From assembly GCA_951406725.2 (NCBI GenBank), contig OX597830.1, positions 9,982,001 through 10,046,000 on the forward strand: a stretch of DNA of 64,000 nucleotides, written 5' to 3'. Within the stretch, counting starts at the first letter, position 1, and every line of letters starts with the position of its first letter. The notes below the pieces were generated by a model. That model searched no databases, was not told where the DNA came from, and saw only the letters and a list, made by a program, of their open reading frames with translations. Shown here piece after piece: positions 24,713-40,270 of the stretch. A program made the position numbers and the translations under genes. The stretch comes from Octopus vulgaris (lineage: Eukaryota).

Positions 24713-25782
24713 TAATACGTAAACATATGTAAATTATATTTATGTATGCATAGGGCTAGGATTTCTAATGAGACTAAATTTGTGTGTGTGTGCGTGCGTG
24801 TGTGTGTGTGTGTGTGTGTGTGAGTGTGTGTTGTGACTACCAGATGGTTGTCACAGAGGAGATGCAAAACATCGAAATATGGATGTTCTGGCAGCTTCAG
24901 CGCCCGAAGCAGACGATTCTCATCTACCAGCAACCCAAATATACGTGCTTTAATGTACCATGCACCCGTATGAGATAATCTCCAATGGCGAATACAGCAA
25001 TATCCGGTTTCTGACAAAACATTCACGTTAACTTGCTAGTAAAGATTGCGTTTTGGTATTAATCCTGTTTCCGTCTCTAAAAATTAATTATATACGTATT
25101 CGTTTTTAGCGACGAAATTGTTATTAGTTGAAGTTAGCAATCTCTGTATCTACCTTAAAGCATTCTTACTTTTAAAAGCCTTCTAAACTGTGCTATTCAT
25201 CTCTTTCTGGTGTATATTGTAAAAAAAAAACACGCAAAAATATAAAGAGACGAGAATTTTCCAGCAATGGCGGTGGCATTGTTAAATCCAGATTTCTGCT
25301 TCTTTGAACATCATCAGTAACTGGTATCCAGTGGCATCGCATAGTGAGTTAATATCGGCCACTAGCTGATGTAGTTCAACTGTGATTGAAACGCCATTGA
25401 AGTTGCGTTTTACCAACCGGCGAAATTTGTAAATATGCACACAAGCACATTATATAGATAGAAAGATACGTGTATGCATGCATATAATAAATAAATAAAT
25501 AAATAAATATATATATATATATATAAATAAAGTGACTACGAATATTACCTGTCAATACAACTACTGCGTTGATCTCTCAGAGAGATTTTAGAACCGGCAT
25601 TTTTGCTTACACACACACACATATATATAATGGGCTGTGGAAAATGATCGAGGAGATTTTGTACTTCAACGAAGCGTTCTGTTTGTAGTGAATACTGTTA
25701 AATGTATATATATATGAATAGTGACTATATATATGTATATATATATATATTTTATTTAAAGCAGCAGAAAATTCAACAAAAC

Positions 25783-25820
25783 CTGTTACTCTGAGTTTCC
25801 CGTTGCCATTCATCGGACAG
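25783..25820 (-). ncRNA. Minimal type I hammerhead motif (CCGATGA core) in a (TA)n-bounded island (25750-25882)
   Basis: CTGT CCGATGA ATGGCAACGG GAA ACTCAGAGT A ACAG; stem II is weak. Confidence 0.6.
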
Positions 25821-25878
25821 TTTTTGCTAGAATAGAACCGATATGTCAATTCTATCCAGACATTTATGTGTTTACTCC

Positions 25879-25914
<36 letters not shown>

Positions 25915-25920
<6 letters not shown>

Positions 25921-26360
25921 AATGAGGGTGAAAAATCGATATTAATTTAATAATACCATTAATTTGACACCAAGTGGCTTAGCACAAAAAACTACGGAGA
26001 AAATACAAATTTATACATAAATTATTAGAGAGTTATCCACTATGTGGATAACTCTAGTGCTAAAAATAGCTCCGAAGCAACCACAGAAGATCAGTTTCCA
26101 ACTAGAATCAACATACATTTAACGGGAGGAAAGTGAAATACAACGAATAAAATAGATTGACTCTATACAATTGTTTCATTACTAATGTAATATGTAGTTT
26201 TACTTATGAAACAATTGTATAGAGTCAATCTATTTTATTCGTTGTATTTCACTTTCCTCCCGTTAAATGTATGTTGATTCTAGTTGGAAACTGATCTTCT
26301 GTGGTTGCTTCGGAGATTTTTAGCACTAGAGTTATCCACATAGTGGATAACTCTCTAATA

Positions 26361-26366
<6 letters not shown>
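25915..26366. mobile_element. Fold-back element (arms 26017-26179 / 26206-26366) starting in a half-hammerhead
   Basis: Near-perfect inverted arms; both read outward from the centre AT GAA ACAATTGT A TAGAG; related degraded copy at 30680-30850. Confidence 0.8.
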
Positions 26367-26399
<33 letters not shown>

Positions 26400-27388
26400 T
26401 AGTCATATAATCAAGATGATAATGTACCTGTTTAAAATTTATTGAAATTGCAATTTAATTAATGTCTTTAAAATTATTGAGGCCTTATAGTAATTAAAAT
26501 AAGTCTTTGTAAAATATATTTTTCGTAAGAGTAAAACATATAAGCTTTCTGAGAAAGCTGTTTTATTCTGTACAACCCATTTAATAGAATATATAAAACA
26601 GGAGCAATAAGTTATTGTTTACATTAGGAGATTACAATATAATTTATAAGAAAATCAGTTTTGGCTATATTATGTCTTAAACAGGAAATAGGACAATTTG
26701 AATAGCAGGAAACTTTGAATATACTATGAGTTGTCATAAAATGTTGTTTGAGTTAACGTTCAATTATGAAACATATATAAACAGTTAAAAGTAAACGGAT
26801 TGAATAAAAAGAATGGCTATAAATATATTTACGATTGCTTTTTAATGTACATTCTGAATTTAAAATGATTCAAAACAAGATTCAATTCAAAAGATATGGT
26901 TCTGATGTGATACGAATTTAGTAGAACTTATTGCATTTTCTGAAGGGTGGGAACTTTTGAAGCGTAATTATAAGTTGAAATGATCAAAATGTAATTAAAA
27001 TCTGCAATGAAACTGTCAGTGGAGTAAAAGAAGACAAAATGAAGAATTTCAAAAAAACATGAACAAGATTTCAAAATATATAGGTTTTAGTTTCCTCCAG
27101 TAAAGAAGGAATGGTGTTCCAGATTCATCCTGTTTACTAGGGGAAAATCTGAAGATAAAAATTGGACAGAGAACAAACGTGTAGGCAATACAACACTTTT
27201 CTGGTCTGGTTTACATAATTTTTAGTAAATATCAATAGATGTTGTTAGATTTCTCCGGGGAGAAACGTGAATTCTGCATGGAGGCAATGCGCAGGCACCT
27301 GGGTATATATTCTGCATGTTTGTGAGAGGCGTTTTGGGTGGTTGCTCTGTGTATACGAGTGTCCGATGTATATGTTACAGTGAAGGTA

Positions 27389-27625
27389 TATCTATCTATC
27401 TATCTATCCGCTCAGTCGAAGTCGAATCTCGGTTACTCGTTGGAACAGTGTCCTCCAGTCAGTTCTATCCTGGGCCGCTTCTTTCAGATTGGCTATGTCC
27501 ATTCCGGTATCACTCTTGATGGTGTCAAGCCAGCGGGTTCTTGGTCGGCATCCTCCTCTCTTGCCACTGACCAATCCGAGCATGATGTCCTTCTCCAGGG
27601 ATTTTCTCCGCATAATATGAAGGTA
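27389..27625 (-). mobile_element. RTE (BovB-like) LINE 3' end with a (GATA)n tail
   Basis: MRRKSLEKDIMLGLVSGKRGGCRPRTRWLDTIK...AAQDRTDWR..RLSG* directly followed by ATAG repeats. Confidence 0.85.
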
Positions 27626-27894
27626 TATTAGGTGAAATATTTGGGTGTATGTGTGCTACTGTTGCATGAGTGTATATACTTAAAGAGGGTATGGACCATG
27701 TTGAGATGTGCAAAGTTAGTGCGTCAGAGGAAACTGCTTAGCAGTACTACTTCCGACGCTTTACGTTCAGACCTCAAGTCACGCCAAGATCGAATTTACC
27801 TTTTTCGTTTCGCGGTCGACAAAATGAAGTACGTCAACGTAGTTCAATCCTCTTCCCCTAAAATTGCAGGCCTTGTGCCACAAATTGAAACCAC

Positions 27895-27937
<43 letters not shown>

Positions 27938-27939
<2 letters not shown>

Positions 27940-28180
27940 GGTGATATTAGTACCAATAGTTGTCGGAGCCCTAGGAACAGTGAGTAAAAAGCTTGAGAAT
28001 TACATAAAACAAATAGTGGCTGCAATAAGGGCGGAGCACTTGCAGAAAACAGCGCTGCCTGGAACCGCTCGAATACTCTGGATGGTGCTCGAAAAATAAG
28101 GGGTGTTGCCTTAGTTCACTGGTTGTGAACAGCTGATACCCTAGTACATATCCAGCGTTAGAGGCTGTACAAAGACAATA
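27938..28180 (+). mobile_element. R4/Dong-type LINE 3' end in (TAA)n
   Basis: KVILVPIVVGALGTVSKKLENYIKQI...LQKTALPGTARILWMVLEK*, UTR, (TAA)n on both sides. Confidence 0.85.
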
Positions 28181-28182
28181 AC

Positions 28183-28420
<238 letters not shown>

Positions 28421-28449
28421 TAGAAGTTTGTTTTAAAAATTATTATTAT

Positions 28450-28487
<38 letters not shown>

Positions 28488-28491
28488 ATAA

Positions 28492-28524
<33 letters not shown>

Positions 28525-28919
28525 CAGTAGTAGTAGTAGTAGTAGTAGTAGTAATAGTTGTCGGAGGAGGAGGAGCAGTGTGGCGAGCAGACGTAATCGT
28601 AACCGTATGGGATACAATAATAAATGGCATTTTCTTCAGCCACATTTCTTTCTGACTTCAAATTCCACCGAAGTCGACCTTGTCTTTCATCAATCTGGGA
28701 TCGATAAAATATGTATCAGTCAAGTACTAGCGTCAATGTAATCGACTTATCCGTACACTCAAAAACTGTTGCCCTTCTGCCAATACTTATTATTATGAAT
28801 GTTTTTTTTTTTCCTTCTACAATATTTTTCCATTTCTCGCCGAGTGTTTTCCGTACACCTGGGGCAGAGAAGCTCATTGTATGCATTCCCAGATTACACA
28901 CGCAAATTCACAGTTAAAA

Positions 28920-29640
28920 TATGTATTTAAAAAAATGAATAAATAAATGAATTCATGAGTGAATGTTGTTTTCACAGCGATAACGCTCTTCTCAGTACAT
29001 GAGCCGTTCCAGTTAACAAGATTTTTTGCACTTCCTGTAGGGATGGTAAGCCTGGTATCATTTTCAAATATGTTTCAGTACCTTATTTTATCATTCCTAG
29101 AGATCCTACAATCACTGGTACTGTAGTCGCCTTGAGATGCCACATTTTTTCAATTTCTATTTGCAAGTCTTTATATTTACTGATCTTGATAAATTCTTTC
29201 GCCGCCAAATTGTGATCGCAAGGAATACACATGTCAATTAATAAACACACCTTTTTTGTCTGATCTTTTATAATAATATTCGGTTTATTAGTTTTTATAG
29301 TTTTGTCGCTATGTACGGGGAAGTCCAAGAGAATCGACACATTTTCTCCCTCAGTCACAGCTTCAGGATGGTGTTTATACCATTTGTCAGCGGTTTTGAT
29401 TTTATAATGCCGATAGTGTAAATACTGGCCGACTCGGTCATATCTTGCTTTATATTCTACGGGTGCTAAGACTCTACACCCTGAGATTAGGTGGTCTATA
29501 GTTTCAAACTCATCGTTACAGAATCGGCATACCTGCTCTTGTACATTTTTGTAGGCATCTTGGGTGCGTTTGATCCAGTCTGCCTTTTCATTGTATGGGG
29601 TTCTCATCACTCCAGATCCCTTTCCAAAAATTTTCACCTT
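28920..29640 (-). mobile_element. R4/Dong-type LINE fragment: CCHC zinc knuckle and restriction-like endonuclease (ORF 29083-29637, internally deleted)
   Basis: CRFC..EFETIDHLISGC, RYDRV, KWYKHHPE, NKPNIII..K..CLLID, KISKYKDL, VPVIVGSLG. Confidence 0.9.
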
Positions 29641-30560
29641 CTTCCGTTAGGGGTGGATTTTCAATGTTTATTTTTTCTTTCCCCATTTTCCTGTAAAATG
29701 ATTTGGCATTGGATTTGAACATCTTATTTTGCTTTTAGTATTTGACTCTTCTCAAATCTGCGTATTCTGAGCTTTTGCTTGCAATGTGCCTAACACCAAC
29801 GCATTTTAATCAATGTCAACAGCTGTGAATATCTTTAGGGTTTTATGGTATTCTAAATATTTTATTTCACATCAAAAATCACACTATGCAGAAGTTTGCT
29901 TTCCTTGTGACATATTGTTTTACTAATCTAAATAATAAAATATTTTCTCCCGGTGTATAAATTCGTTTGCCCACTTAGTATAGAATAAGAAAGTGTATCT
30001 TTATTTACTTAGTAATAAATTACACATAATTTTGCTAATAATGAAATTTATGAGGACTAAATTACAATAACATAAATATGCTTTTATTCATACATTATTA
30101 AAATATAAATTTACATTACAAATCTAAAACTAAATTATATTAACAATATTCTGCTTCCTTTTGAATACATTTAACCTTTTTTATAACAAGCCGCCATTTT
30201 AAAACATTTTTCAAATTTCTGTTCATTGTTGTTTTATGGTGTACTCTCATATCGTAGACGACTATTGAAGACCATGCAACTATTTTCTGAACAACCTTCA
30301 CAGAGGATTTGTATATAGTAATCAAATTTTTTTGCTGTACATTGGCTCATTGTCACCGTAGAATCGACATTTGCTTATAGAGGTGCGCGGTGTGCCGTAT
30401 GTCGGATGGGAAAATGATATCAGAGCTGCATGAGGCGAAGCGTGTTGTTCGAAAACAGGTTGTATTGCCTTCCTCGTGTGTTGCATTCACCTCTTGCAAT
30501 TGTGAGGACAAACCCCGGTTCACTATGCCACGCGCCTTTATTCACATACACCTATACACT

Positions 30561-30614
<54 letters not shown>

Positions 30615-30850
30615 TTAACACACATATACATATAAATTTATATATATATAAATGGCGTAAAATTGCATAATCCATTTACAGTTAAGCAATTGTGTAGAAT
30701 TAATCTACATTTTTGCTATTTTTCATTTGTCCTGCTCGTTTACGTTCGTAGTTGTGCTAATTCTCCTTGGGAACAATTCTTGGTGGTTGAGACCATTGCG
30801 GATCTGTTTTTAGCACAAGAGCGTCCACATAGTGAACCCTCTCTTATATT

Positions 30851-30895
<45 letters not shown>

Positions 30896-31067
30896 GCGCA
30901 ATGACCCAGTTGTTAAGGAGTGCTGTGTATTAAGTCTATAGAATTGTACGTAAAGTATATGCAGTATATACATACATACATACATACACACATACATACA
31001 TACATACACACATACATACATATATTATATATATATATATATTATTTTTTTATTTATATATATATAG

Positions 31068-32290
31068 ATTTTTTTTTTCTAGTTTCAGCTCAGAGCTGCG
31101 GCCATGCTGATGCACCGCCGTTTTGTGCTACAATGTTATTGCGACGAACCTCGTCTAATATGTGGCACTTGGTGAAGAATGGAGTTTGATACAGCTACTC
31201 TCATTTGCACCTCTTGCCGTGAGGTAGGTTCATCTGGGATTCTTGACAGGAAGATGTCCAGCTTTGATTTAAAAACTGCTACATCTACTTTGTGCAAGTT
31301 CCTCAAACTCTTTGGGAGAATATTAAAAAGCTGTGGGCCCTTGAAACCCAGGCTGTTGCAGTAACTGGTCCTGAAGCGTGATGGCATTGCTGGGATCTTT
31401 GGCACTATGCAGTGTGGTCCCGTTCTAGCATTGGTGTAGCTTACAATGCCAAAATTTGGCACAATTCCTTCCAGGATCTTCCAGACATATATTACTGCAT
31501 ACCTCTCCCGTCTTCTCTCCAGGGAGTAGAGTCTTAGCTGTTTCAACCTTTCCCAGTAGCTGAGCTGTTGCAAAGAGACGATCTTCTTTGTGAATCTTCT
31601 CTGGATTGCTTCAAGGTCCGCTGTTAATTTTACACTGGTGGGTGACCATAGCTGTGAGCAGTAATCCAGGCGACTGAGGACGAATGTCCGCCAGAGGACC
31701 ATCATGGTTTCCTTATCTCTGGTTCTGAATGTTCTTAGGATCCACCCAGCCAGTCGTCTGCACTTTGTCGCCATCCTGGTAATGTGCACTTGGAAAGAGG
31801 TATCATCACTCATGTCGATATCCAGGTCCCTCACAGACTTAGGCTCTGGGATTGAAATTCCCTGTGGACCGGTGTATCCTATAAGTTTAATATTCAGTTT
31901 TGGATGCTGGTAGCGCAGGGCCTGGATTTTTTCAGCATTAAACTGCATATTATTATCCTCAGACCATCTTAAGATTGAGTCCAACTCCTGCTGCAGGTGT
32001 GCAACATCGCTGGGGTTCTGTATTTTCTGCGAGACTTTTGTATCGTCTGTATAGCTGGCCAGAGTGGCTATCCGGGCATTTGAGGGCATATCTGAGAGGG
32101 CCACTATAAAAAGCAGTGGTCCCAAGACAGTGCCCTGTGGAACACCGCTCACTATGTGTGTGTTCATAGAGGTGGCTCCATTAACCCCTTCTGCCTGACT
32201 CCTATCTTTCAGGAAGTCATGCAACCACACTCCAAGTTTTCCAGCTATGCCGAGGTCACGTAGTTTGTGGCATATCATAGCATAGTGCAT
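31068..32290 (-). mobile_element. 5'-truncated CR1/L2-group LINE: RT C-terminal ORF (31136-32290), short 3' UTR and A-rich tail
   Basis: SGVPQGTVLGPLLF, YTDD, W...NNMQFN, LDYCSQLWSP, YWERLKQLRLYSLERRRER; 384 aa without stops. Confidence 0.92.
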
Positions 32291-32589
32291 TAGGTAATCA
32301 TCTTATTCCAATTTCCTTCACTTTTCAATGATTAGCAGATGAGCAACTAACTTTTGATACAGACACAACACAGTTTTTTTGAGGAAAGTTTTAAGGAAAT
32401 ACCCAATAGGTTTAAATTTAATTCCGTGAAATATTCACGGGTCTCGCTACACACATATTAATGAAAACATGTGCGCACAATTTTCTCCATGCTGAATATA
32501 ATATTGCATGGAGAAGGTTGCACAACACTAAGTATTTCAAGTGCCTAATGAATATATAGTCTCCTCTCATACGATTTGTTTTTATAGCT

Positions 32590-33389
<800 letters not shown>

Positions 33390-33768
33390 TGGTGGCGTCG
33401 TTGAGCGGAGATTATTGCAAATTTATATGTATTTATATAAACTGCCGTGTTTATTTTCTTAAATTTTGAATTTGCATCTCATATTACGACTCTTATTTCA
33501 AGTTGGATTAGGTTCTGCAAAGTTCTTTTCTAAATGTACGACATCAATGATTCTGTGTCATGTGACTTACTCTTCAGCCTCAGTCCGCGTAATGGTATTT
33601 CTATCAGCAGTATTAGAGCCTAATTCCTATTGGTTATAGAATGTCGCGTGGTAATCATGCTATAAGCGTAATGACAATAGACTAACTCGTCTCCTGTTAC
33701 GTATATGCATATTTGCATGTATATATACATATATACATACATTCATGCACACACAAACACACAAACAT

Positions 33769-33803
<35 letters not shown>

Positions 33804-34405
33804 GTATTTAAGCAAACACACATGTTTAAATGCATATATGTAATATATAATATACATCAATATACATACCTAAATATGCACTTATATATGTATGTGTGTC
33901 TCTGTGTGTGAGTGTGTATTTATGTATATACATATGTATATGGGTGTGAACGTTAATGGCTGTGTATACTTATATGTGTCTGCACGTACATGTAACATAG
34001 GTCCCTAAATAAAAAGTTTTCGATCGGTTTGAAAATGAGCTTGTGAAAGGTTATCATAAAATGCATGCAGGCATATATACATATATACTCATTCACATGC
34101 AAACTTCTGGATAGACAGACAGCCAGACAGACAGATAGCTAGCTAGCTAGCTAGCTAGCTAGATAGATAGATAGGTAGATACCTACGTACCTACATACGT
34201 ACCTACATGCATACATACATACATACATATATACATACATATATGCATACATACATACGTACATACATACATTCAAAAATACCTTGTTGACGTTGAAGTT
34301 ACAATGAACGAGCTTGGGATTTAGGTTAGAAATCGACTCTTTTTCTCTATTAGCAAGAAATCTTTAAATAAAACTGAACAATGACGTACATACATATACA
34401 AATGT

Positions 34406-34500
<95 letters not shown>

Positions 34501-34552
34501 ATATATATTGATATATATATATATCATATATACACACACGCGCAATCATACG

Positions 34553-34583
<31 letters not shown>

Positions 34584-35239
34584 GAAAGTATGCAAGATTG
34601 ATTATAAATTTTGAACGAACTTTTAACTTTCTTTCACTCAAACCAACATTGTACATTTTTTGACCTATGCTACTCGCCACCGTTCATTACACAAATAATG
34701 GATTTTATTTAGCATATGTCATATAGGGGTATGGTATATTATGATATGCATGTATACTTTGTCTCTTTAGCACTCTTGGAAAGTGTTCTTTGTAGATTAT
34801 AAATTATTGTGCAGCAGACATTTTTCGCGAATTCATAAATGGCCTTGTCATAATGTTTGCCATACAATTTCTCGTAGTTACGTCTAGTTAAGAACTATTT
34901 CTTATATGGTACCCAACAGTTGCAGCAGTAGCAACGGTCGAGCGTACATCTTGGCCGCAGGGTGGGTTAAATTGTATGATATTTTGTTTTTCTACTTTTG
35001 TCTTGTTGCTGCACGTAAATATAAAAACACAGTTATGTGTTTTTATGTATACAAACAAAAAACAAATTATATATATAAATAATATAGACGTGTACATACA
35101 TAGGAAAGTATATATATTATATATATACATATAACAAACAGTGGAAATACGTAAATGAAAGATAACTGCTAGAAGTAAGTGCTGATGAATCATTTGCAAT
35201 TATAAAAAATACGAGCATATGCATCTGTGTGCTTTGTGC

Positions 35240-35313
<74 letters not shown>

Positions 35314-36035
35314 ATGGACGTATGTATGTGTCTGTGTGCGCATGTATGTATTTATATATGCTTGTGTGTGTATTACTATATGCATGTTTGTGCTTATATA
35401 TGTGTATGTGAGAGCGTATTCGAGTATTCATCTCTTTATACATACTCTACCGACACATAGAGTCCGACTGAAATATGGTTGATACAAATATCTCAGCAAA
35501 TTCTTTTACACAGGAATATTGTTTATTCGTTATCTGCTTTTAGGACCACGCTACTGTATAAAAGTGCTCCTTAATTAAGATCCTGGCATATTTACTGCGG
35601 TTATATTCTGCAAAATACTGAGGATCTCCAGAAGTTGCTGCTACGTTTGACCATTATTATGAGTCTTCTTTTGCCTCTAGTTATAATAGTCTTTTGTTTG
35701 ATATCGACGGTACATTCAACGAATATTTGAATATGAAATACTAAGAAATATAATGCATGTATAGTGCCTATCAATATGTAGTGAAAGCAGTTGAGACAAC
35801 AACACCGAGTCCATGTAAATCAAGCAGAAGCAGACAACGAATATTATAAATAAATACATAGAACACAAAATGTTTATTTATCTTTACATATATAAAATGC
35901 GGTACTACCAACACGGCCGCAGTCTACTGAATGCAATAGGTTACACATCGAAGTTACAGATATACACACATCCATCCATCCATCCATCCATCCATACATA
36001 CATACATATATATATATAAATATATATATATAAAT

Positions 36036-36080
<45 letters not shown>

Positions 36081-36113
36081 GGCTAAACTGGCAATATGAC
36101 CATTCCGAAATAT

Positions 36114-36192
<79 letters not shown>

Positions 36193-36475
36193 TCTGTGTG
36201 TATGTATGTATGTATCTGTGCATTATGTTTGCATGTATGTAATATACAAGCATGCCCACGCATTACGCCCTACAATTAAGGGTGCATGATTGCTGAAGAG
36301 ACCGACAAGCGAAACTGAAATTCCCACATGAAGTGAGCTGCGTAAGAAATTTGACTCTACTGCCAGCATTGAGTATTCCAATCACTATATTCTTAAACTT
36401 ACTCAAATTTACACAACCACATACGCACATTCATATATAAATATATAGATTGAGTTTTTTCAAGTATACACACAC

Positions 36476-36537
<62 letters not shown>

Positions 36538-36693
36538 AATATATAGATGCTATAATATGAAATAAATATTAGCAAGTGAAACATGTGAAATGGTGAATAA
36601 ATTACATGAAAATATATTCCAGCCTGCTGCTGTTTGATTTATATATATATTTGACTGCATGTATGTACATGTATACATATGTGCGTATATTTC

Positions 36694-36746
<53 letters not shown>

Positions 36747-36752
36747 TTATCA

Positions 36753-36822
<70 letters not shown>

Positions 36823-37291
36823 TGAGATTTGGAGGGAGATACGAATTCGCATGTCGATATAAATGTGGCTATGCTAGCGGACTGTTATATCTTTCGATGT
36901 CGCTGGTCGAATATATAATAGGTGAGTTTTTTCCTAGCATTTCTAGATTTATGGGAAATATTATGTTGATAAGGAAATGAACTTTACGATTCTAATCCAG
37001 AAACGATCGTCCATAAATGATCCAGTAGACAGTGTGATTTCATTGTCTTCCTTCTTTTTACCATATATGAGTTACAAATACTGTTGTTTGTGGAGACTTA
37101 TTTTTGTAGTAATAGTGATAGTAGCCCATTTGACTGCTACTTCTAATATTTTCGGTATGTGGTTTAAGCATCTTGTTGCAAAAAACCCTTTATTATAATT
37201 ATATAAAATTTTTACCGAATATGATTCTTTCCATACCGAAAGACTACTAGTGAAATTTATTGATTTTATTAAATTAATTATATTTCACCCT

Positions 37292-37369
<78 letters not shown>

Positions 37370-37445
37370 ATATACATATATATATACATCAATCAATCAA
37401 TCATTCAATCAATCTATCTGTCTGTCTTTCTATCTACCTACCTAC

Positions 37446-37532
<87 letters not shown>

Positions 37533-37582
37533 TTCGTCTATCTATATATATGTGTGCGTGTGTTTGTGTGTGTGTGTATATA

Positions 37583-37802
37583 GAGGCGAGTGGTGGTCTT
37601 AGTGGTTAAGTTATTCGGCTCCTGATCGTAGACTTGTAAGTTCAATTCTCGGCGGCGCGTTGTGTCCTTGAGCAAGACACTTTATACCACGTTGCTGCAG
37701 TCCATTCAGCTGGCAAAAATGATTTGTACCTGTACTTGAAACGGGCTAGCCATGTCACATTCTGTCCAACGCTGTATCTCCCTGAGAACTACGTTAAAGG
37801 TA
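37583..37802 (+). mobile_element. tRNA-derived SINE, third family
   Basis: GTGGTCTTAGTGGTTAAG (A box), GTTCAATTC (B box), GTGTCCTTGAGCAAGACACTT. Confidence 0.8.
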
Positions 37803-38391
37803 AACATCATTAATAAATAAAACAAATACCTTACCCAGTGAATAAACACAAATCATGAGCAGCTCAGCCCAGCCAAAAAGAAAGAGGAATATAAGCAAAC
37901 ATGAACCCTTCAATAAAACCACTACAGTCGAAATAACAAAAAAAAAAACACATAACCCACACAACCATTAAAACGAACAAAGAACCATACAAAAACTATA
38001 GTCTTGACCTTCACCTATTCTAGACCAAGCCCTAACCCTGGATAGCGTCTGTCTTTAGAGCTTGGTCTAGAATAGACCAACATAATTAGAGGATAAATCC
38101 ATTGAAATTAATGAATTTTTCAATGGCTAGTATATACAAAGCTTTTTCGTAAAATACATATATAGAAATATGTAATTGTATCGAATAAGATTATACTTAA
38201 AGTCGCATATGCTACGGTGCCTACATGCTCAAAGAAGACGGTAGTTTCTGAGCCATAAAGTTTAGCTGTACCCTATACAATTATATATCTATCTATCTGT
38301 CTGTCTGTCTGTCTATCTATCTATCCGTATGTCTGCCTGTCTGTCTATCTGTCTATCTATCTGTCTGTCTATCTGTCTGTCTGTATGTCTG

Positions 38392-38617
<226 letters not shown>

Positions 38618-39602
38618 AACACCATTCCTTAAAATAACAGGTGACGAGCATGGGAAAATTCATATAGGTAATAATCATTATAGATATATAATAGGATAAG
38701 TTAATTATAATTAAGGGTGCCGAAGAGGTATCACCATGCCAGAAATAGCTGTCAAATCTGACTCTAAAGCCACATGTATGTATATCGAATATATATATAT
38801 ATATATATATATCTGTATGTATGTATTTAATATGTATATATTATATATTTATGTGCAAATCCATATCTCTGTATGTGAGTGCGTGTTCACATAACTTCAG
38901 ATATTTTTTAGTCGTAGCAGCGAAGATTCATTGTCTTTTTGTGAACCTATCTCATTTTCTCTCTTAGATCTCCATTTCTCCTTTCTTTTCTCTCTATTCC
39001 TCTACTCCCACCACCACTCTTCATCTTCATGTCTCCCCCCCCCCCTTTCCATCTGCTTCCCCCACCTCCCTCTCATATATATTTCATAGCTTCGTATTTT
39101 GTGTTGCTTTATTGTTGCTTAATAATTCTATCTCATTTCTTTTTATCAAAGTAAATATCGCCATTCCAACTGCAGCTGTTGTCACTGTTATTAATGGAGT
39201 TTCTCCAGTAGCATTTGCAATTATTTATACCACCACATGTTTTCCCCATTTTCGTTGGTTTTACAACGTTTGCTGAGCTGTTTTTCACAAAAGCAGCGTT
39301 AGATGAAATTCGGTAATGTAGCAGCTACAAGTATTTTGGAACAAACCTCGCCAATATGTCAACAAAACACTTTGAACTTTGACAAACTCCTGACCAACTT
39401 ACATATTTGCACCACGTATCTGTATTGTATCAAAAGTTTTCCTCTTTTTTTAATAATCGGAATAAAACATAGAGTGACTCAAAGGCCGAGAGCTTCGTTA
39501 GTTTCCACTTAGAAAATAAGTAACAAAGTACGACACTGTCGGTCTTTGAGTCATTCTGTGATTTCTGGCGATTATTAAATAAGAAACGTATACATACAGT
39601 GT

Positions 39603-39850
39603 GGAGGCGCAATGGCCCAGTGATTAGGGCAGCGGACTCGCGGTTTCGATTCCTAGACCGGGCGTTGTGTGTGTTTATTGAGTGAAAGCACCTAAAGCTC
39701 CACGAGGCCCCAACTTTCTCTAACTCTTTGTTCCTGTTTCTTAAGTAACGCTGCGATAGATTGGCGTCCCGTCCAGCTGAGGGAAACACTTACGCCACAG
39801 AAACCGCGAAACCGGGCCAATGAGCTTGGCTAGGCTTGAAAAAGGGCGCG
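39603..39850 (+). mobile_element. tRNA-derived SINE
   Basis: GGAGGCGCAATGGCCCAGTGATTAGGGCAGCGGACTCGCGGTTTCGATTCC; the same head occurs truncated at 30893-30925. Confidence 0.7.
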
Positions 39851-39868
39851 TAAATAATAAAATACATA

Positions 39869-40270
39869 CAGTAATCACTCTCCGTATCGCGCTCTCAGCA
39901 CATCACATTTTTTCTGGCTAATATATTTAAATTTATATCGCGGACTCCTCAGTATATCGCAGGTTTCTGCGGCCGATAGGTATTTATATTTTTTTAGATT
40001 TTAATTATTTCTGTAGTAAAATAAGCATTTTCACACCTAAAAATTAATAAATTGACGAATAAAAATAGATTTCAGTACTACACTGTATAACATTAATTAA
40101 AATGTATTAAAAGAAAATACATGTGGAAAACAAAACTCTTGAGGCGACTGTGTGGTGTTGTTTGCATTCATAATAAAATAAATACATGGAAATTATAAAA
40201 TAATTAAATATATATATACAGTACCCTACTGCTTTTGTTTCGCGGATTTACATCTATCAAGGGATTACTG
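39869..40270. mobile_element. pogo/Tigger-type MITE
   Basis: TA|CAGTAATC ... GATTACTG|TA termini with TA TSD; internal ATCGCGG/TTCGCGGA subterminal motifs. Confidence 0.7.

Noticed and set aside
24841-25020. GC-richer unique stretch that looks exon-like
   Set aside because: Frames close quickly, no recognisable motif and no clear splice pair
36290-36330. CTGAAGA..CGAAAC string
   Set aside because: No stem III or stem I complementarity
38715-38760. CCGAAGA GGTA..TGCC A GAA ATAGCTGT C hammerhead-like string
   Set aside because: Stem I cannot pair (GGGTG vs AAATC), and the AGAAATAGC..CAAA part resembles a non-ribozyme segment at 15385
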